Translations under genes and position numbers: made by a program
From: Candidatus Latescibacterota bacterium
GTDB lineage: Bacteria; Latescibacterota; UBA2968; GCA-2709665
Direction: 5' to 3'
DNA length: 64,000 nucleotides
Assembly: GCA_965203805.1 (NCBI GenBank)
Contig: OZ241917.1
Span: forward strand, 2,080,001 to 2,144,000
In this document: positions 36,929 to 46,771 of the stretch, one piece after another
Layout of the letters: each line of letters starts with the position of its first letter
How positions within the stretch are numbered: the stretch's first letter is position 1
Notes under the pieces: model-generated
The model's database searches: none
The model's input: the letters and a program-made list of their open reading frames with translations, nothing else
Told to the model about the DNA's origin: nothing

Positions 36929-37548
36929 TAGATGTAGACACGGCTTCCCTCTTGCGCCCGGGCGAATGTGGCTTCGAGGTCCCCGTCGTTCAGACGGATG
37001 CACCCGTGCGTAATGTTCCGTCCGATGAGATTCGGATAGAGGTTGCCGTGAATCTCGTAACCGTCGCCCAATTCGAGGGCGAATTTTCCAAGCGTGACCG
37101 GATCCAGACGCTCGAAATCCCATGGCAGTACCGGAGCCGTCCGACCTGCCTCCACAAAGGCCCATTCCGGTTTCTTCCATATTGGATTCACCACTTTTCG
37201 CAGGACTTCGAACCGCCCTTTCGGTGTGTCGAACCGCCAGGATTTCCGATTGTCGCTCAAAAGGATCTTGCCGCTTCCGCTTGCACAGACCGCTTCATCA
37301 AGGAGACGGTTTCGGTGCCAGACCTGCAGCCGATTGTGGACCGTGTCGATGACGATACGCGGTTTTTCATCCAACATACCGTCCAGGGCGGCCTCCAGCC
37401 TTTCTATTTCCACGCCGAGACGCTTTGCCGAGGAGGCGGTGGACGCACGCTGCTGCCCGGAACCCCGGCTCCGCGCGTCCGGCGGGCTGTTCCGGCAGGC
37501 GACGGCGACGACCAGAGGCAGAAGCAGAAAAACAGGAAACCGGCGCAT
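36925..37548 (-). CDS. L,D-transpeptidase (YkuD family) lipoprotein
   Basis: Lipobox VAVAC; IVIDTVHNRL, TPKGRF and YEIHG...THGCIRL. Confidence 0.9.
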   Translation of the reverse strand: MRRFPVFLLLPLVVAVACRNSPPDARSRGSGQQRASTASSAKRLGVEIERLEAALDGMLDEKPRIVIDTVHNRLQVWHRNRLLDEAVCASGSGKILLSDNRKSWRFDTPKGRFEVLRKVVNPIWKKPEWAFVEAGRTAPVLPWDFERLDPVTLGKFALELGDGYEIHGNLYPNLIGRNITHGCIRLNDGDLEATFARAQEGSRVYIY

Positions 37549-37636
37549 TCCTACAGTCCCTAAAACCGGAAAACCGAGAAGAGTGCGCACTTCTCGGTTT
37601 TCCATTGTCAAACAACTGATTGAACGTGGCGATGGA

Positions 37637-38239
37637 CTAACGCAGATACCAGGCTTTGTTCTCCTCTTTCCAATCTTCGATTTTCTGCATTGCGGTACTG
37701 ACCGCGTCCTGCACCCCGCCCAACTTGCTTTCTCCGGCCTGGGCCTGGGCAAGGGCATCCTTGAACATGCCGTTTTCCAGGCTGCCCTTTGCGCCGTTCA
37801 ATGATGCTTCGGCCTCGCCAAGATCTGCGTCGAGCTGGTCCAGGTCTTCATCTGCGCCTTTGCCGCGGGGCGCGGCGTTAAGCGCTTCCCGGGCATCCGC
37901 CAGGCTGGAAGAGGCCGAATCGATGATCGCCTGAGCGTCGTCGCGGGTCTTCGCCTTGTTGGTTTCCGCCTGAGTCACGGACTGATTGGCGCGTTCCTCG
38001 GCCTCGATGGCAGCGGCTCTGGCCTCCTGATATTCACCCTGTTCAACTTTGTCTTTGGAGTCTTTCAGGGTATTCGTTGCCGAACGGAAAATCTCCTCGG
38101 CATAGACGTCGGCCTCGGCGGCCTTTGCTTTACTGAGGGCGCCTTCGGCGGCCTTGATTTCCTCCTCGGGAGGTTGTTCGCAGGCCACAAAGGCGGCGGC
38201 AACACAGACAACAAGGCCGATTCTCAGGACAGATCGCAT
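37637..38239 (-). CDS. Ala-rich coiled-coil lipoprotein (DUF4398-like)
   Basis: Lipobox FVAC-EQPP, AKAAEADVYA and PRGKG motifs. Confidence 0.75.
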   Translation of the reverse strand: MRSVLRIGLVVCVAAAFVACEQPPEEEIKAAEGALSKAKAAEADVYAEEIFRSATNTLKDSKDKVEQGEYQEARAAAIEAEERANQSVTQAETNKAKTRDDAQAIIDSASSSLADAREALNAAPRGKGADEDLDQLDADLGEAEASLNGAKGSLENGMFKDALAQAQAGESKLGGVQDAVSTAMQKIEDWKEENKAWYLR

Positions 38240-38338
38240 CTCCCCTCCTTGGTTGATAAAGCCTCGAATGATGGCAACAAGTCTAACAGAAATAACTATT
38301 TCCGAAACAAATCACAGTGAATGCACTCATACAGGAAG

Positions 38339-38367
38339 AAGATACATCTAACGTATGACAAAGTCAA
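38339..38367 (-). promoter_or_regulatory. Sigma70-type promoter for the DUF4398-LDT-PorV operon
   Basis: Minus strand TTGACT-17 nt-TATCTT. Confidence 0.6.
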
Positions 38368-38699
38368 GCGATTTCTCCAGAAATTTCGCGGCTGCATGCG
38401 CCGGATGGCTTCAACTCCCAACCGTCGAAAACAGCAGGAATTCCTCCCCCTTTCCGGCAGCGGCGCAACGGCCCTTTACGGTTGCGCGCATTCGGCGCAA
38501 GCGCTATATTTCGCGCGCCGCAATTCACCGGTGCGCCCGGTCCGCAGTTCCGCTGATGATCCGCTTCCGACGTCGGCGGCCTAGCCCGGAAACCCGCCGG
38601 TTCCGCCAATCGTGAATTCACTGCCGGATGAATCATAAGGCCCCTGAAGACAAAAACACATCGGTATCCTGGTACTGGCAGAGTCAACAGGAGGAATCC

Positions 38700-38936
38700 A
38701 TGGGATTCGAGAACCAGCTGGGTGTGGCCGCGCTTTCTGTTCTGGGAGCGCTTCTGCTTCGATGGATTGGGGTTCCCAAACGCTGGACGCCGGTCTCGCC
38801 GTTGGTTCTGTCGACCCTTATCGTCGCGTTCTTCGGTGAGCTCGAGACGATTGGCGACGTGTTCGTGAGCGCGCTGGTCAGCGGGCTTTTCGCCAATGGA
38901 TTTTTATTCCTTCTTTTTGGCACCCGGAATGGATGA
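38700..38936 (+). CDS. Small three-helix membrane protein, holin-like
   Basis: AGGAGG RBS; 78 aa and hydrophobic; GVPKRWTPVSPLVL...SGLFANG pattern. Confidence 0.55.
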   Translation: MGFENQLGVAALSVLGALLLRWIGVPKRWTPVSPLVLSTLIVAFFGELETIGDVFVSALVSGLFANGFLFLLFGTRNG

Positions 38937-40073
38937 TCTGATTCGAAGGCGATTCAGGTCGTCCAGAAGTTGTTTGGCGTCGAACACGACCGTGTTTTTT
39001 GAAATGCGTTTCTCCTTACGCACGTAGGTTTCCAGCGCTACCCGGGCGTTTTCATAACGACCGTCGCGAAAGCAGGCCAGTCCAAGGTAGTAGTAGCCGT
39101 CTGTCTGCAGGGAATCGATCCGGACCGCGTTCGCCAGGTGCGTGATGGCACTGTCGTAGTCGCGATGGTTGAAGTGCGACACCCCCAGTTTGAGATGGAC
39201 GGAGGCATCGTCGGCCCCGGCATCGATCGCTTTCCGGTAGGTGTTTACCGCCGCCTTGTAGTCTCCCCGATTAAATGCCAGATTGCCAAGGCTGACAAAC
39301 GCTTCGCCGTATTCCGGATCGATCTCCAGTGCCTTCAGGTAGGCGGTCCGCGCCTTCCCGAGTTTCCCTTCCTGAGCGTAGGCCATTCCAAGATTTCTAT
39401 AAATATAGCGGCGTTCCGTGGCGTCGTACTGGAACCGAAGCGCCTGTTCATAAATCTCAATGGCCTTGTCCGTCTTTCCCGTGTATATATAGGTAAGACC
39501 CAGGTTGAGGTACGCGTCCGTAAACTTGTCGTTAAGCTTGATTGCCCGCCGGTATTCCGCAATGGCCTGATCGGCGTATCCTTTGTGGTAATAGGCCAGA
39601 CCCATCAGATTTCGTACAAATGCCGACCCGGGTTTAAGTTCCAGGGCGGTCTTGTATTGCGCCAGAGCCGAGTCGTAATTCCCCTGGTGATAGTGTGTTC
39701 TGCCCAGGTCGACCCGCGCGTGAAAGATCCGCGGATTGACTCGAATTGACCGTTTCAGGTATTCAATCCGTTCATCCGGACGGGACAGCAGCCGACTGTA
39801 AAGGTAAAGGCCGACGGCCGACCCGGGTCTGGCCTGCAGGCGCCTCAGATATTCGGCAAGCGCCTCCCGCCGTCGGTTCGACTTGAGCATCAGGTCCTGG
39901 TAGTGCACATTCGCCTGGATGTCCTCGGGCCTCACCTTGACCAGGCGCCGAAAATGAGCCAGCTCGGCTTCGCTCCCCTCGCCTTCAGCGCCCTCGACCG
40001 GACATGCGAACCATCCGGTGCCAAGAAGCAAAAGTAAAATCAGGCTCGACAACACATGCTCTCCATGGGACAA
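38904..40073 (-). CDS. Secreted TPR-repeat protein
   Basis: N-terminal hydrophobic leader followed by about eight TPRs (AYLNLGL, YRNLGMAY, SLGNLAF). Confidence 0.85.
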   Translation of the reverse strand: MSHGEHVLSSLILLLLLGTGWFACPVEGAEGEGSEAELAHFRRLVKVRPEDIQANVHYQDLMLKSNRRREALAEYLRRLQARPGSAVGLYLYSRLLSRPDERIEYLKRSIRVNPRIFHARVDLGRTHYHQGNYDSALAQYKTALELKPGSAFVRNLMGLAYYHKGYADQAIAEYRRAIKLNDKFTDAYLNLGLTYIYTGKTDKAIEIYEQALRFQYDATERRYIYRNLGMAYAQEGKLGKARTAYLKALEIDPEYGEAFVSLGNLAFNRGDYKAAVNTYRKAIDAGADDASVHLKLGVSHFNHRDYDSAITHLANAVRIDSLQTDGYYYLGLACFRDGRYENARVALETYVRKEKRISKNTVVFDAKQLLDDLNRLRIRSSIPGAKKKE

Positions 40074-40561
40074 TAGTCAACGTGCAGTCAATGGACCCGG
40101 CTACGAAAAGGGGTGATAGCATCGTCTCTATCGCCCCTTTATTGCTGCATATGGCTGCTGAGCCATAATTCCAGACAAATTGTCAATCTTGATTCGTCAT
40201 TTTTCGGGGACGTTAATTCGAAGTTACGCAAGTTGATAAAGGCGATTTGACATCGGATGTCCAGGAAACTTCAGGTCACTGGGCGTGAACGGAAAAATTG
40301 GCCTTCCCGGCGACCACTTCGGCCCGTTGAGGAAATAACTGCAGGGTCACGGCATTACGACACACGCCGTTTCGTACGGAGGCCTTTTGTGCTTTCTGTG
40401 GCCAGTTTTACGGTGATCTCTTTTCGAATTGACGTTGACAACTGACAGCTTATGTCAAGTTCAGGCTGTCGGGGCAGTCGGATCGCCGGGGCCGCGCGAT
40501 CCCGGCTGAGGAAACCAGCACCGGCCGGCGCGGCGGAAGGGACGGGCGCGCCGACGTGAGA

Positions 40562-41422
40562 CTATCTGTCCTTCTTCAGGAGGATATTCAACGGTCGTTT
40601 GGGCTTGTAGAGGTAGATGACGTCGGCCGGGTCGAGCATGGTATTGAATATGGCGATTTCGTCGATCTTGCCGGAATAGGCGGTCTTGTAATTGTTGAAT
40701 CGAATGGCCATTTCGTCCAGGTTCCAGGAAATGTTCCGCTGGATATCCTTCTTGCGACCGATTTCTTCGCCGTCGACGAATAGTGCGTATTCGGCATCGG
40801 TCTTACCGCTGTTGATATTGGACCAAGTGACGACGATATGGTGCCACTGATCGGATTTCCAGTTCAGCCTCTCATACCGGATTGTCCACTGTTTAACCAT
40901 CTCCTCCCCGACGTTCTGCGTCTTGTCGGGGTAACAGCCGAATCGGAGGGCGCTGGGAGGACGATCCGTCCGGCTCTTGTCGAAGTCGACGAAGATGACC
41001 GCGTCGTCCCACTTTTTGCCGATGGAGAAGGGCTCGGGGAACTTTTCCTTGAAGTCGCTGTTGGGATCCACGCTCAACCAGAAAGAAACCCCGCCGGACC
41101 ATGGGCCGCCGGCCCGATACGGAAAGTTGTCCTTGGCCTGATAGCTGAGGTAGGTTGCGCCGTTTGCAAATGAAACGAACCCGTCCTCTTTGCCACCGGT
41201 AAACTCATGCCTCGGAGGGCTGCTCGTTTCCATTGCCGCGACTGTGCCCTTCTTTTTTGTCATCGCTTCGAAACGGGACCTGTCGTCGAAGTTGGCAAAA
41301 AAGAGAACATTCGCCGCGAGCTTTTCCTCGATTTTCTTTTCGGGACCACCGCAGGAAATAAAGCAGACAGCGACAACCGGAATTGTGAACAGGCGCAGGA
41401 GGCGGGGAGGGCACCGCAACAT
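40562..41422 (-). CDS. LamG/concanavalin-like jelly-roll lipoprotein
   Basis: Lipobox FISC; VSFWL, WHHIVVTW, LFVDG and GKIDEIAIFN. Confidence 0.8.
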   Translation of the reverse strand: MLRCPPRLLRLFTIPVVAVCFISCGGPEKKIEEKLAANVLFFANFDDRSRFEAMTKKKGTVAAMETSSPPRHEFTGGKEDGFVSFANGATYLSYQAKDNFPYRAGGPWSGGVSFWLSVDPNSDFKEKFPEPFSIGKKWDDAVIFVDFDKSRTDRPPSALRFGCYPDKTQNVGEEMVKQWTIRYERLNWKSDQWHHIVVTWSNINSGKTDAEYALFVDGEEIGRKKDIQRNISWNLDEMAIRFNNYKTAYSGKIDEIAIFNTMLDPADVIYLYKPKRPLNILLKKDR

Positions 41423-41607
41423 AGGGCACTTCTCCTTTCGGGGGACGTACGTTCGATCAACCGGTTTTGCTTGCGGTTACAGCATTTCACCAATATAAAG
41501 AATGTGTGTTGGGGCGCAAGCGTTTTTCTTGTTTTCGCGCTGCGGAGGCGGCCGGCGGGCGCCGCGAAGGTCAGAAGAGTCAGATGATTAGTACAAAGGA
41601 AAATGCC

Positions 41608-41636
41608 TTGACAATAGTATTCTTATTTATTATATC
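41608..41636 (+). promoter_or_regulatory. Probable promoter of the permease operon
   Basis: TTGACA-17 nt-TATATC within an AT-rich patch; the -10 is imperfect. Confidence 0.45.
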
Positions 41637-41876
41637 CAAATTTTGCCGATTGCCGGGAGCGGCACGGATTTTGAACGAGGCCATCGGTGACCGGCGGGCG
41701 GGATCGGCGACCGTCCGCGGTGCTTTTCGTGCGGGTCCGACGCCGGCATCGGGCCGATGCTTCGGAATGCCGTCAGTACCGCGCCGGGACTGGTGTCGGA
41801 TCCTTTGCCTCGGTGCGCTGACAGGGTGGATCCGACCGGAACGAAACTTGCGTTACACAAGATTCAGGAGTTCACA

Positions 41877-44800
41877 ATGCTGCGCAAACTCGGCGGCGCG
41901 ATTCTGTGGTTGATCGCGATTTTTATGCTTTCGTCGGTTACCGTGTTCAATCCGGGACAGGTAACCGACTTTTTTATTCGTGTTTTCAATATCAAGCCGA
42001 GCGTTCCACAGGTGCGCGAGGAGAAGCCCTCCGAACGAGACGAACGCATCCAGGACTTCGCCGATCGGATCTCGGAGGCAAGTCTCCGGGAAACCGTTTC
42101 GGCTCTGGCCGGAATGGGGTCCCGCGTACCGGGGTATCCGGGGCACAGGAAGGCCTTTGATTACGTAAAAAACCGCTTCGAGACGCTGGGCCTGGAAGAT
42201 ATCACGGTCGAGGAACACCACGTTACGGTGCCCATTGACAAGGGAGCGACTCTGGAGGTTCCCGAATCGGGACTCAGGATCCGGCTGTACGGACTCTGGC
42301 CCAATCACGTACAAACGCCGTCTCTGCCGGAAGGCGGCGTTTCCGGCGCGCTGATCGACGCCGGGGACGGTTCTTTCAAAGCGCTGAATTCAAAGCCGGT
42401 GGAGAACAGCGTCGCGCTGATGCAATTCGATTGCGGCCAGAACTATCTCAACCCCCGCATGCTGGGCGCGCAGGCCGTCATCTTCTACGACAACGGCGGC
42501 GTAAGCAGAGGACAGGCCCTGGAAAAGATCCTGCAGGTACCGGTCGACGTGCCCAGGTTCTGGGTGGAGAAAGCCGACGCTGCCCGTCTGGCGGCACTCG
42601 CGCAATCCAATTCCACGCTCGTGCGGGTGACGTCCAGAATGGCGTGGGAAAAGGTCCCCACGTGGAATATCTACGCCACCCTGCCCGGCTCGGACGCCTT
42701 CGTCACGGAACGTGAAGAACGGAAGTGGAAGGACGAGATGGTTGTCCTGAGTTCATTTTACGACGCCGTCTCCGTCGTGCCCGCATTGGCGCCGGGCGCG
42801 GAGAACGCCACCGGGCTGGCTGCCCTGCTGGAAGTCGCGGCGGCGCTGAAAGACGAATCGTGGCTCGACGATTCCTCGCGTCTTGGACAACTGCCTCGAT
42901 ACACGGTAAAATTCCTGGTTACCGGCGCTCACTTCCAGGGGTTGGCCGGGGTCAATGACTTTCTGTTCAGGCATTCCAGGGAAAGCGACCACTTCCGGGA
43001 GAAGATTCCGGACGATCAGAAAATTGACTTCCGGCTCTTCGTGGGCTTCGACCTGTCGAGCGAGACGGACCAGATCGCCAGCTTCTCTCACGGAACGTTC
43101 ATCAACCCGAACTGGTCAACCAACAACTACGAAAACAACCTGCTTGCGCCCTACGCGAAGAAGTTCAACAAATACCTGGCCAAGGTCTATCCTGGCGAAA
43201 CGCGTCACGTCGACGCCGTCGCGCCGCCGAAACGAACCTGGAAGAACTACATGCCCGTCCGGCTGGGATTTGACAGCGAGGCGGTCAAATTCGTCGGCAA
43301 GGAAGGCATTACCCTTGCCAGCCCGTCCACAACGCGCGAAAAGGTGGACACGCCCGTCGACCGGGTGGAATTCGTCAACTTCACCAACCTGACCCTGCAA
43401 ACCCGCACGGCGACCGGCATGCTGCTGAAAGCCCTGGAGGATCCTGAATTCTTCCGGGTATCCAAACTCAAACTTCAGGATCTCGGACACAGTATGAAGG
43501 GGCGCATCCTCTGGTTCGAACGGGATGCCGATTTTGCGATTCCACGCGTGCCCGTACCGGGGGCTATCGTCACGTATCAGCAACCCGGGCCGGTTGCCAG
43601 CTGCGGCGGTGTACGCACCCTGATTGTGGATAAGACCACGGAGGGTCCGAGATACGTGAGCGATCGCGCCCAGGGACCCATGGTCGGCACGAAAGAGGAA
43701 GTGGAAGCCACCGGCCGATTCCAGTTCAACATCATGCGCAACCGGTTTACGAACCAGATATTGGCGTATGAAATCGACGATGACGGCAGAATCATATCGG
43801 CGCCGGACCTCGGCACGGAAGGAGAGGAGAAGTTCCCCACGCGGCAGGGTTACGGCTGGTGGGAGAACGAGATGCTGGCGGTCCTTTTCAAGTGCCGTTC
43901 TCTGAGCGTGTTCGAAATCATCGATTCCAGTTATCTTTCGGCGCTCGATTTCATGACGGTGCTGAACCCTGGCGACTCCCAGCCGATGGAATACGGGTAC
44001 TATTATATTGAAAATCAGAGCATCAAGGAAGGCGACGTCACGCGGGCGGCGGTCGCGTTTACCGCGATGAACCCTACAACCGGCAGTCCCGATCCCATCA
44101 AGATTCTGATGAGCACGGGGCTTTTCGGTGTGAAATACCTGCTGACAAACGCCCCTGAATCGCTGCTGGAAGCGCCGGTGGACAAGTGGGACGTTGACGA
44201 CGAACTGCTGGAGTTGTCCCGCGGCGCCGGATATCCTCCCGGCGTAATCCTCCATCCTTCGTACAAGGCTGCCAAGGATATGTGGGTCGTCGACGATATC
44301 CGGATGAAACAGCTTGCGCAGTACGGCATTACAAACGCCCGTCTGGAAAAGCTGCACACCCATGCGGCCGACGCGCTGAAGCGGGCGCGTGAGCATCTTG
44401 CCAACCAAGACTACGAAGGGTTTATCGCCGCGTCCAGAGAGGCGTGGGGTCTGGAAGCACGCGGATATCCTGAGGTCATGTCCACGGCAAACGACACCGT
44501 CCGCGGCATTATCTTCTATTTCATCCTCCTGCTGCCATTTTCCTTTTTCTGCGAGCGGCTGCTGTTCGGATTTCCGGATATCACCCGGCGTCTGGTCGGT
44601 TTCGCGGGAATCTTCGTGCTGTTTTTCATCATCCTTCGATACGTCCATCCGGCATTCAAGCTGAGCAGCACGCCCTACATCATTTTTCTCGCATTTGTGA
44701 TCATGGCGTTGGGCGGCATTGCGATGTTCATTGTCGTTTCCAAGTTCGGCGAAGAGGTCCGGAAGATGAAACAGGCCTCGGCGGGAACCTACGAGGCCGA

Positions 44801-46673
44801 CGTGGGCCGGTTGAGCGCGACCGCCGCTTCCATCATTCTGGGCATCTCCAATCTGCGAAAACGTCCTCTCCGTACCGGACTGACCGCCATCACCCTCACG
44901 CTGCTTACGTTTACGGCATTATCGTTCACGTCGGTACAGACGTCCATAAAATTCTACCGGTTGCCGAGGGACAACCAGCCGCCGTACCAGGGAGGCCTGG
45001 TGCGGGACCGTTCCTGGCGGGGCTTGCAGGAATCGGTGCTCCAGTACCTGACCAGCGCGTTCAAAGGCCGGGCGACCATTGTTCCCCGCGCGTGGTACCT
45101 TTCTCAGGTACGGGGCGAACGGGCGTACGTCAATTTCTCCCGCATCACCGAGCAGACCTCGTACCTCGGCTCCAGGGACACCTATGTCGACTTCGACGTG
45201 GGCATCACCACCGGAAAAGACAGCTTTGTGAACGGATTACTGGGGCTCACCGCGGAAGAACCGGAAATTACCGGGGTCGACCGGTACCTGATGAGCGGGC
45301 GATGGTTCGATCCCGGAGAAACAGATGTGTGCATTCTGCCGAACGACTTGGCGGAGCTTGTGGGCATTTTTCCGGAAGACGCCGGTACCGCGCAGATCGA
45401 GATGCTGGGCGGGGTCTTCACCGTCATTGGAATTGTGGACTCCGAAGGATTCAACAAATACAAGGATATGGACGACGAGAAGCTGACGCCGGTGGATACC
45501 GTAAAGGAAAAGGACGACCTGGCGGACGCCCAGGACCAGGACCCGCGGGTTGTCGCGGCGGCTCCAATCGAGACGTTTACGCATCTGGAATCGACCAACG
45601 TGATGATATTGCCGTATGATTACGTGCGGAATATCGGAGGCACTCTCAACTCCGTCGCTCTGGCGAACTTCGTGGACTCCCAGGGCAACGCCAGGGCGAA
45701 CTTCCTGCCCGACGTCGAAGAATTCATGACCCGCGTATCCCTGACCATGTTCGTGGGCCATGAGAACAAGGTCACCGTATACAGTTCCATCGGCTCCACG
45801 TCTCTTTCCGGACTGGGCACGCTTTTCATTCCGATTCTGATCGCGGCGCTGATCGTGCTGAATACCATGATGGGCGCCGTGTACGAACGCTTCAACGAAA
45901 TTGGCATTTATTCGGCGGTTGGCCTGGCGCCCAACCACATCGCGGCGCTGTTCCTGGCCGAGGCGACGGTATTCGCCACGGTGGGCGCCGTCTTCGGATA
46001 CCTGATCGGACAGGTGCTGGTCCTTGTGTTGTTTACCCAGGCGCAGGCCCAGGGACAGCTGCTCAGCCTGGAGTTGAATTATTCTTCGTTGTCGGCCATT
46101 TCCTCGACACTGATCGTAATGGCGACGGTTTTCCTCTCAACGCTGTACCCGGCGAAGAAGGCCGCCGATATGGCCGTGCCGGATGTGACGCGGAAGTGGG
46201 AGTTTCCGGAGCCCGAAGGCGACAGATGGGTGTTCGACTTTCCATTTACGGTTGGCGGCTCGGAAGTACTGGGTATGTACACGTATCTGACGCGTGTTTT
46301 CGAGTCGTACGGCGAGGGTTCCGTCGGCGACTTCGTGGCCGATTACGTCCGGTTTACGTCCCGTGACATGCAGGGCGAACCGCAATACGAAATCAACCTC
46401 ACGTGCTGGCTTGCGCCTTACGATCTGGGCATCAGCCAGGAGGTGGTGCTGCTGGCCATACCAACGAGGGAATACAACATCTACAAGATCGAGGTGGTTA
46501 TCAACCGGCTCAGCGGTGACGTGGCGTCCTGGAAGCGCATCAACCGGGGGTTCCTGAACGTGCTCCGCAAAAGGTTCCTGGTCTGGCGTACCATTCCACC
46601 CGAGCTGAAACACCAGTACGCCGACGAAGGCAAACGCATGCTTTCAGACCCCGTGGAAGAGGCCGCAGTATAG
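41877..46673 (+). CDS. Giant fusion: PA + degenerate M28 peptidase (nicastrin-like) ectodomain + FtsX/MacB-type ABC permease (1598 aa)
   Basis: AGGAG RBS; SRVPGYPG, PA-like segment and VVLSSFYD...APGAENATG; TM cluster; ISNLRKRPLRTGLT; FtsX motif AVYERFNEIGIYSAVGLAP...FLAEA. Confidence 0.8.
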   Translation: MLRKLGGAILWLIAIFMLSSVTVFNPGQVTDFFIRVFNIKPSVPQVREEKPSERDERIQDFADRISEASLRETVSALAGMGSRVPGYPGHRKAFDYVKNRFETLGLEDITVEEHHVTVPIDKGATLEVPESGLRIRLYGLWPNHVQTPSLPEGGVSGALIDAGDGSFKALNSKPVENSVALMQFDCGQNYLNPRMLGAQAVIFYDNGGVSRGQALEKILQVPVDVPRFWVEKADAARLAALAQSNSTLVRVTSRMAWEKVPTWNIYATLPGSDAFVTEREERKWKDEMVVLSSFYDAVSVVPALAPGAENATGLAALLEVAAALKDESWLDDSSRLGQLPRYTVKFLVTGAHFQGLAGVNDFLFRHSRESDHFREKIPDDQKIDFRLFVGFDLSSETDQIASFSHGTFINPNWSTNNYENNLLAPYAKKFNKYLAKVYPGETRHVDAVAPPKRTWKNYMPVRLGFDSEAVKFVGKEGITLASPSTTREKVDTPVDRVEFVNFTNLTLQTRTATGMLLKALEDPEFFRVSKLKLQDLGHSMKGRILWFERDADFAIPRVPVPGAIVTYQQPGPVASCGGVRTLIVDKTTEGPRYVSDRAQGPMVGTKEEVEATGRFQFNIMRNRFTNQILAYEIDDDGRIISAPDLGTEGEEKFPTRQGYGWWENEMLAVLFKCRSLSVFEIIDSSYLSALDFMTVLNPGDSQPMEYGYYYIENQSIKEGDVTRAAVAFTAMNPTTGSPDPIKILMSTGLFGVKYLLTNAPESLLEAPVDKWDVDDELLELSRGAGYPPGVILHPSYKAAKDMWVVDDIRMKQLAQYGITNARLEKLHTHAADALKRAREHLANQDYEGFIAASREAWGLEARGYPEVMSTANDTVRGIIFYFILLLPFSFFCERLLFGFPDITRRLVGFAGIFVLFFIILRYVHPAFKLSSTPYIIFLAFVIMALGGIAMFIVVSKFGEEVRKMKQASAGTYEADVGRLSATAASIILGISNLRKRPLRTGLTAITLTLLTFTALSFTSVQTSIKFYRLPRDNQPPYQGGLVRDRSWRGLQESVLQYLTSAFKGRATIVPRAWYLSQVRGERAYVNFSRITEQTSYLGSRDTYVDFDVGITTGKDSFVNGLLGLTAEEPEITGVDRYLMSGRWFDPGETDVCILPNDLAELVGIFPEDAGTAQIEMLGGVFTVIGIVDSEGFNKYKDMDDEKLTPVDTVKEKDDLADAQDQDPRVVAAAPIETFTHLESTNVMILPYDYVRNIGGTLNSVALANFVDSQGNARANFLPDVEEFMTRVSLTMFVGHENKVTVYSSIGSTSLSGLGTLFIPILIAALIVLNTMMGAVYERFNEIGIYSAVGLAPNHIAALFLAEATVFATVGAVFGYLIGQVLVLVLFTQAQAQGQLLSLELNYSSLSAISSTLIVMATVFLSTLYPAKKAADMAVPDVTRKWEFPEPEGDRWVFDFPFTVGGSEVLGMYTYLTRVFESYGEGSVGDFVADYVRFTSRDMQGEPQYEINLTCWLAPYDLGISQEVVLLAIPTREYNIYKIEVVINRLSGDVASWKRINRGFLNVLRKRFLVWRTIPPELKHQYADEGKRMLSDPVEEAAV

Positions 46674-46771
46674 CAACCCGTTGACAGGTAACGTGTATAT
46701 CAGTCACCCGGCAGGTTGACACGGGCAATCTGTTTCCGGGAAAGAACCCTCGCTGCTCCCAATGAGGAGGG

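Noticed and set aside
40435-40458. TTGACA-N12-TGTCAA dyad
   Set aside because: No matching -10 at proper spacing and no second copy; cannot be distinguished from chance or back-to-back -35 elements.
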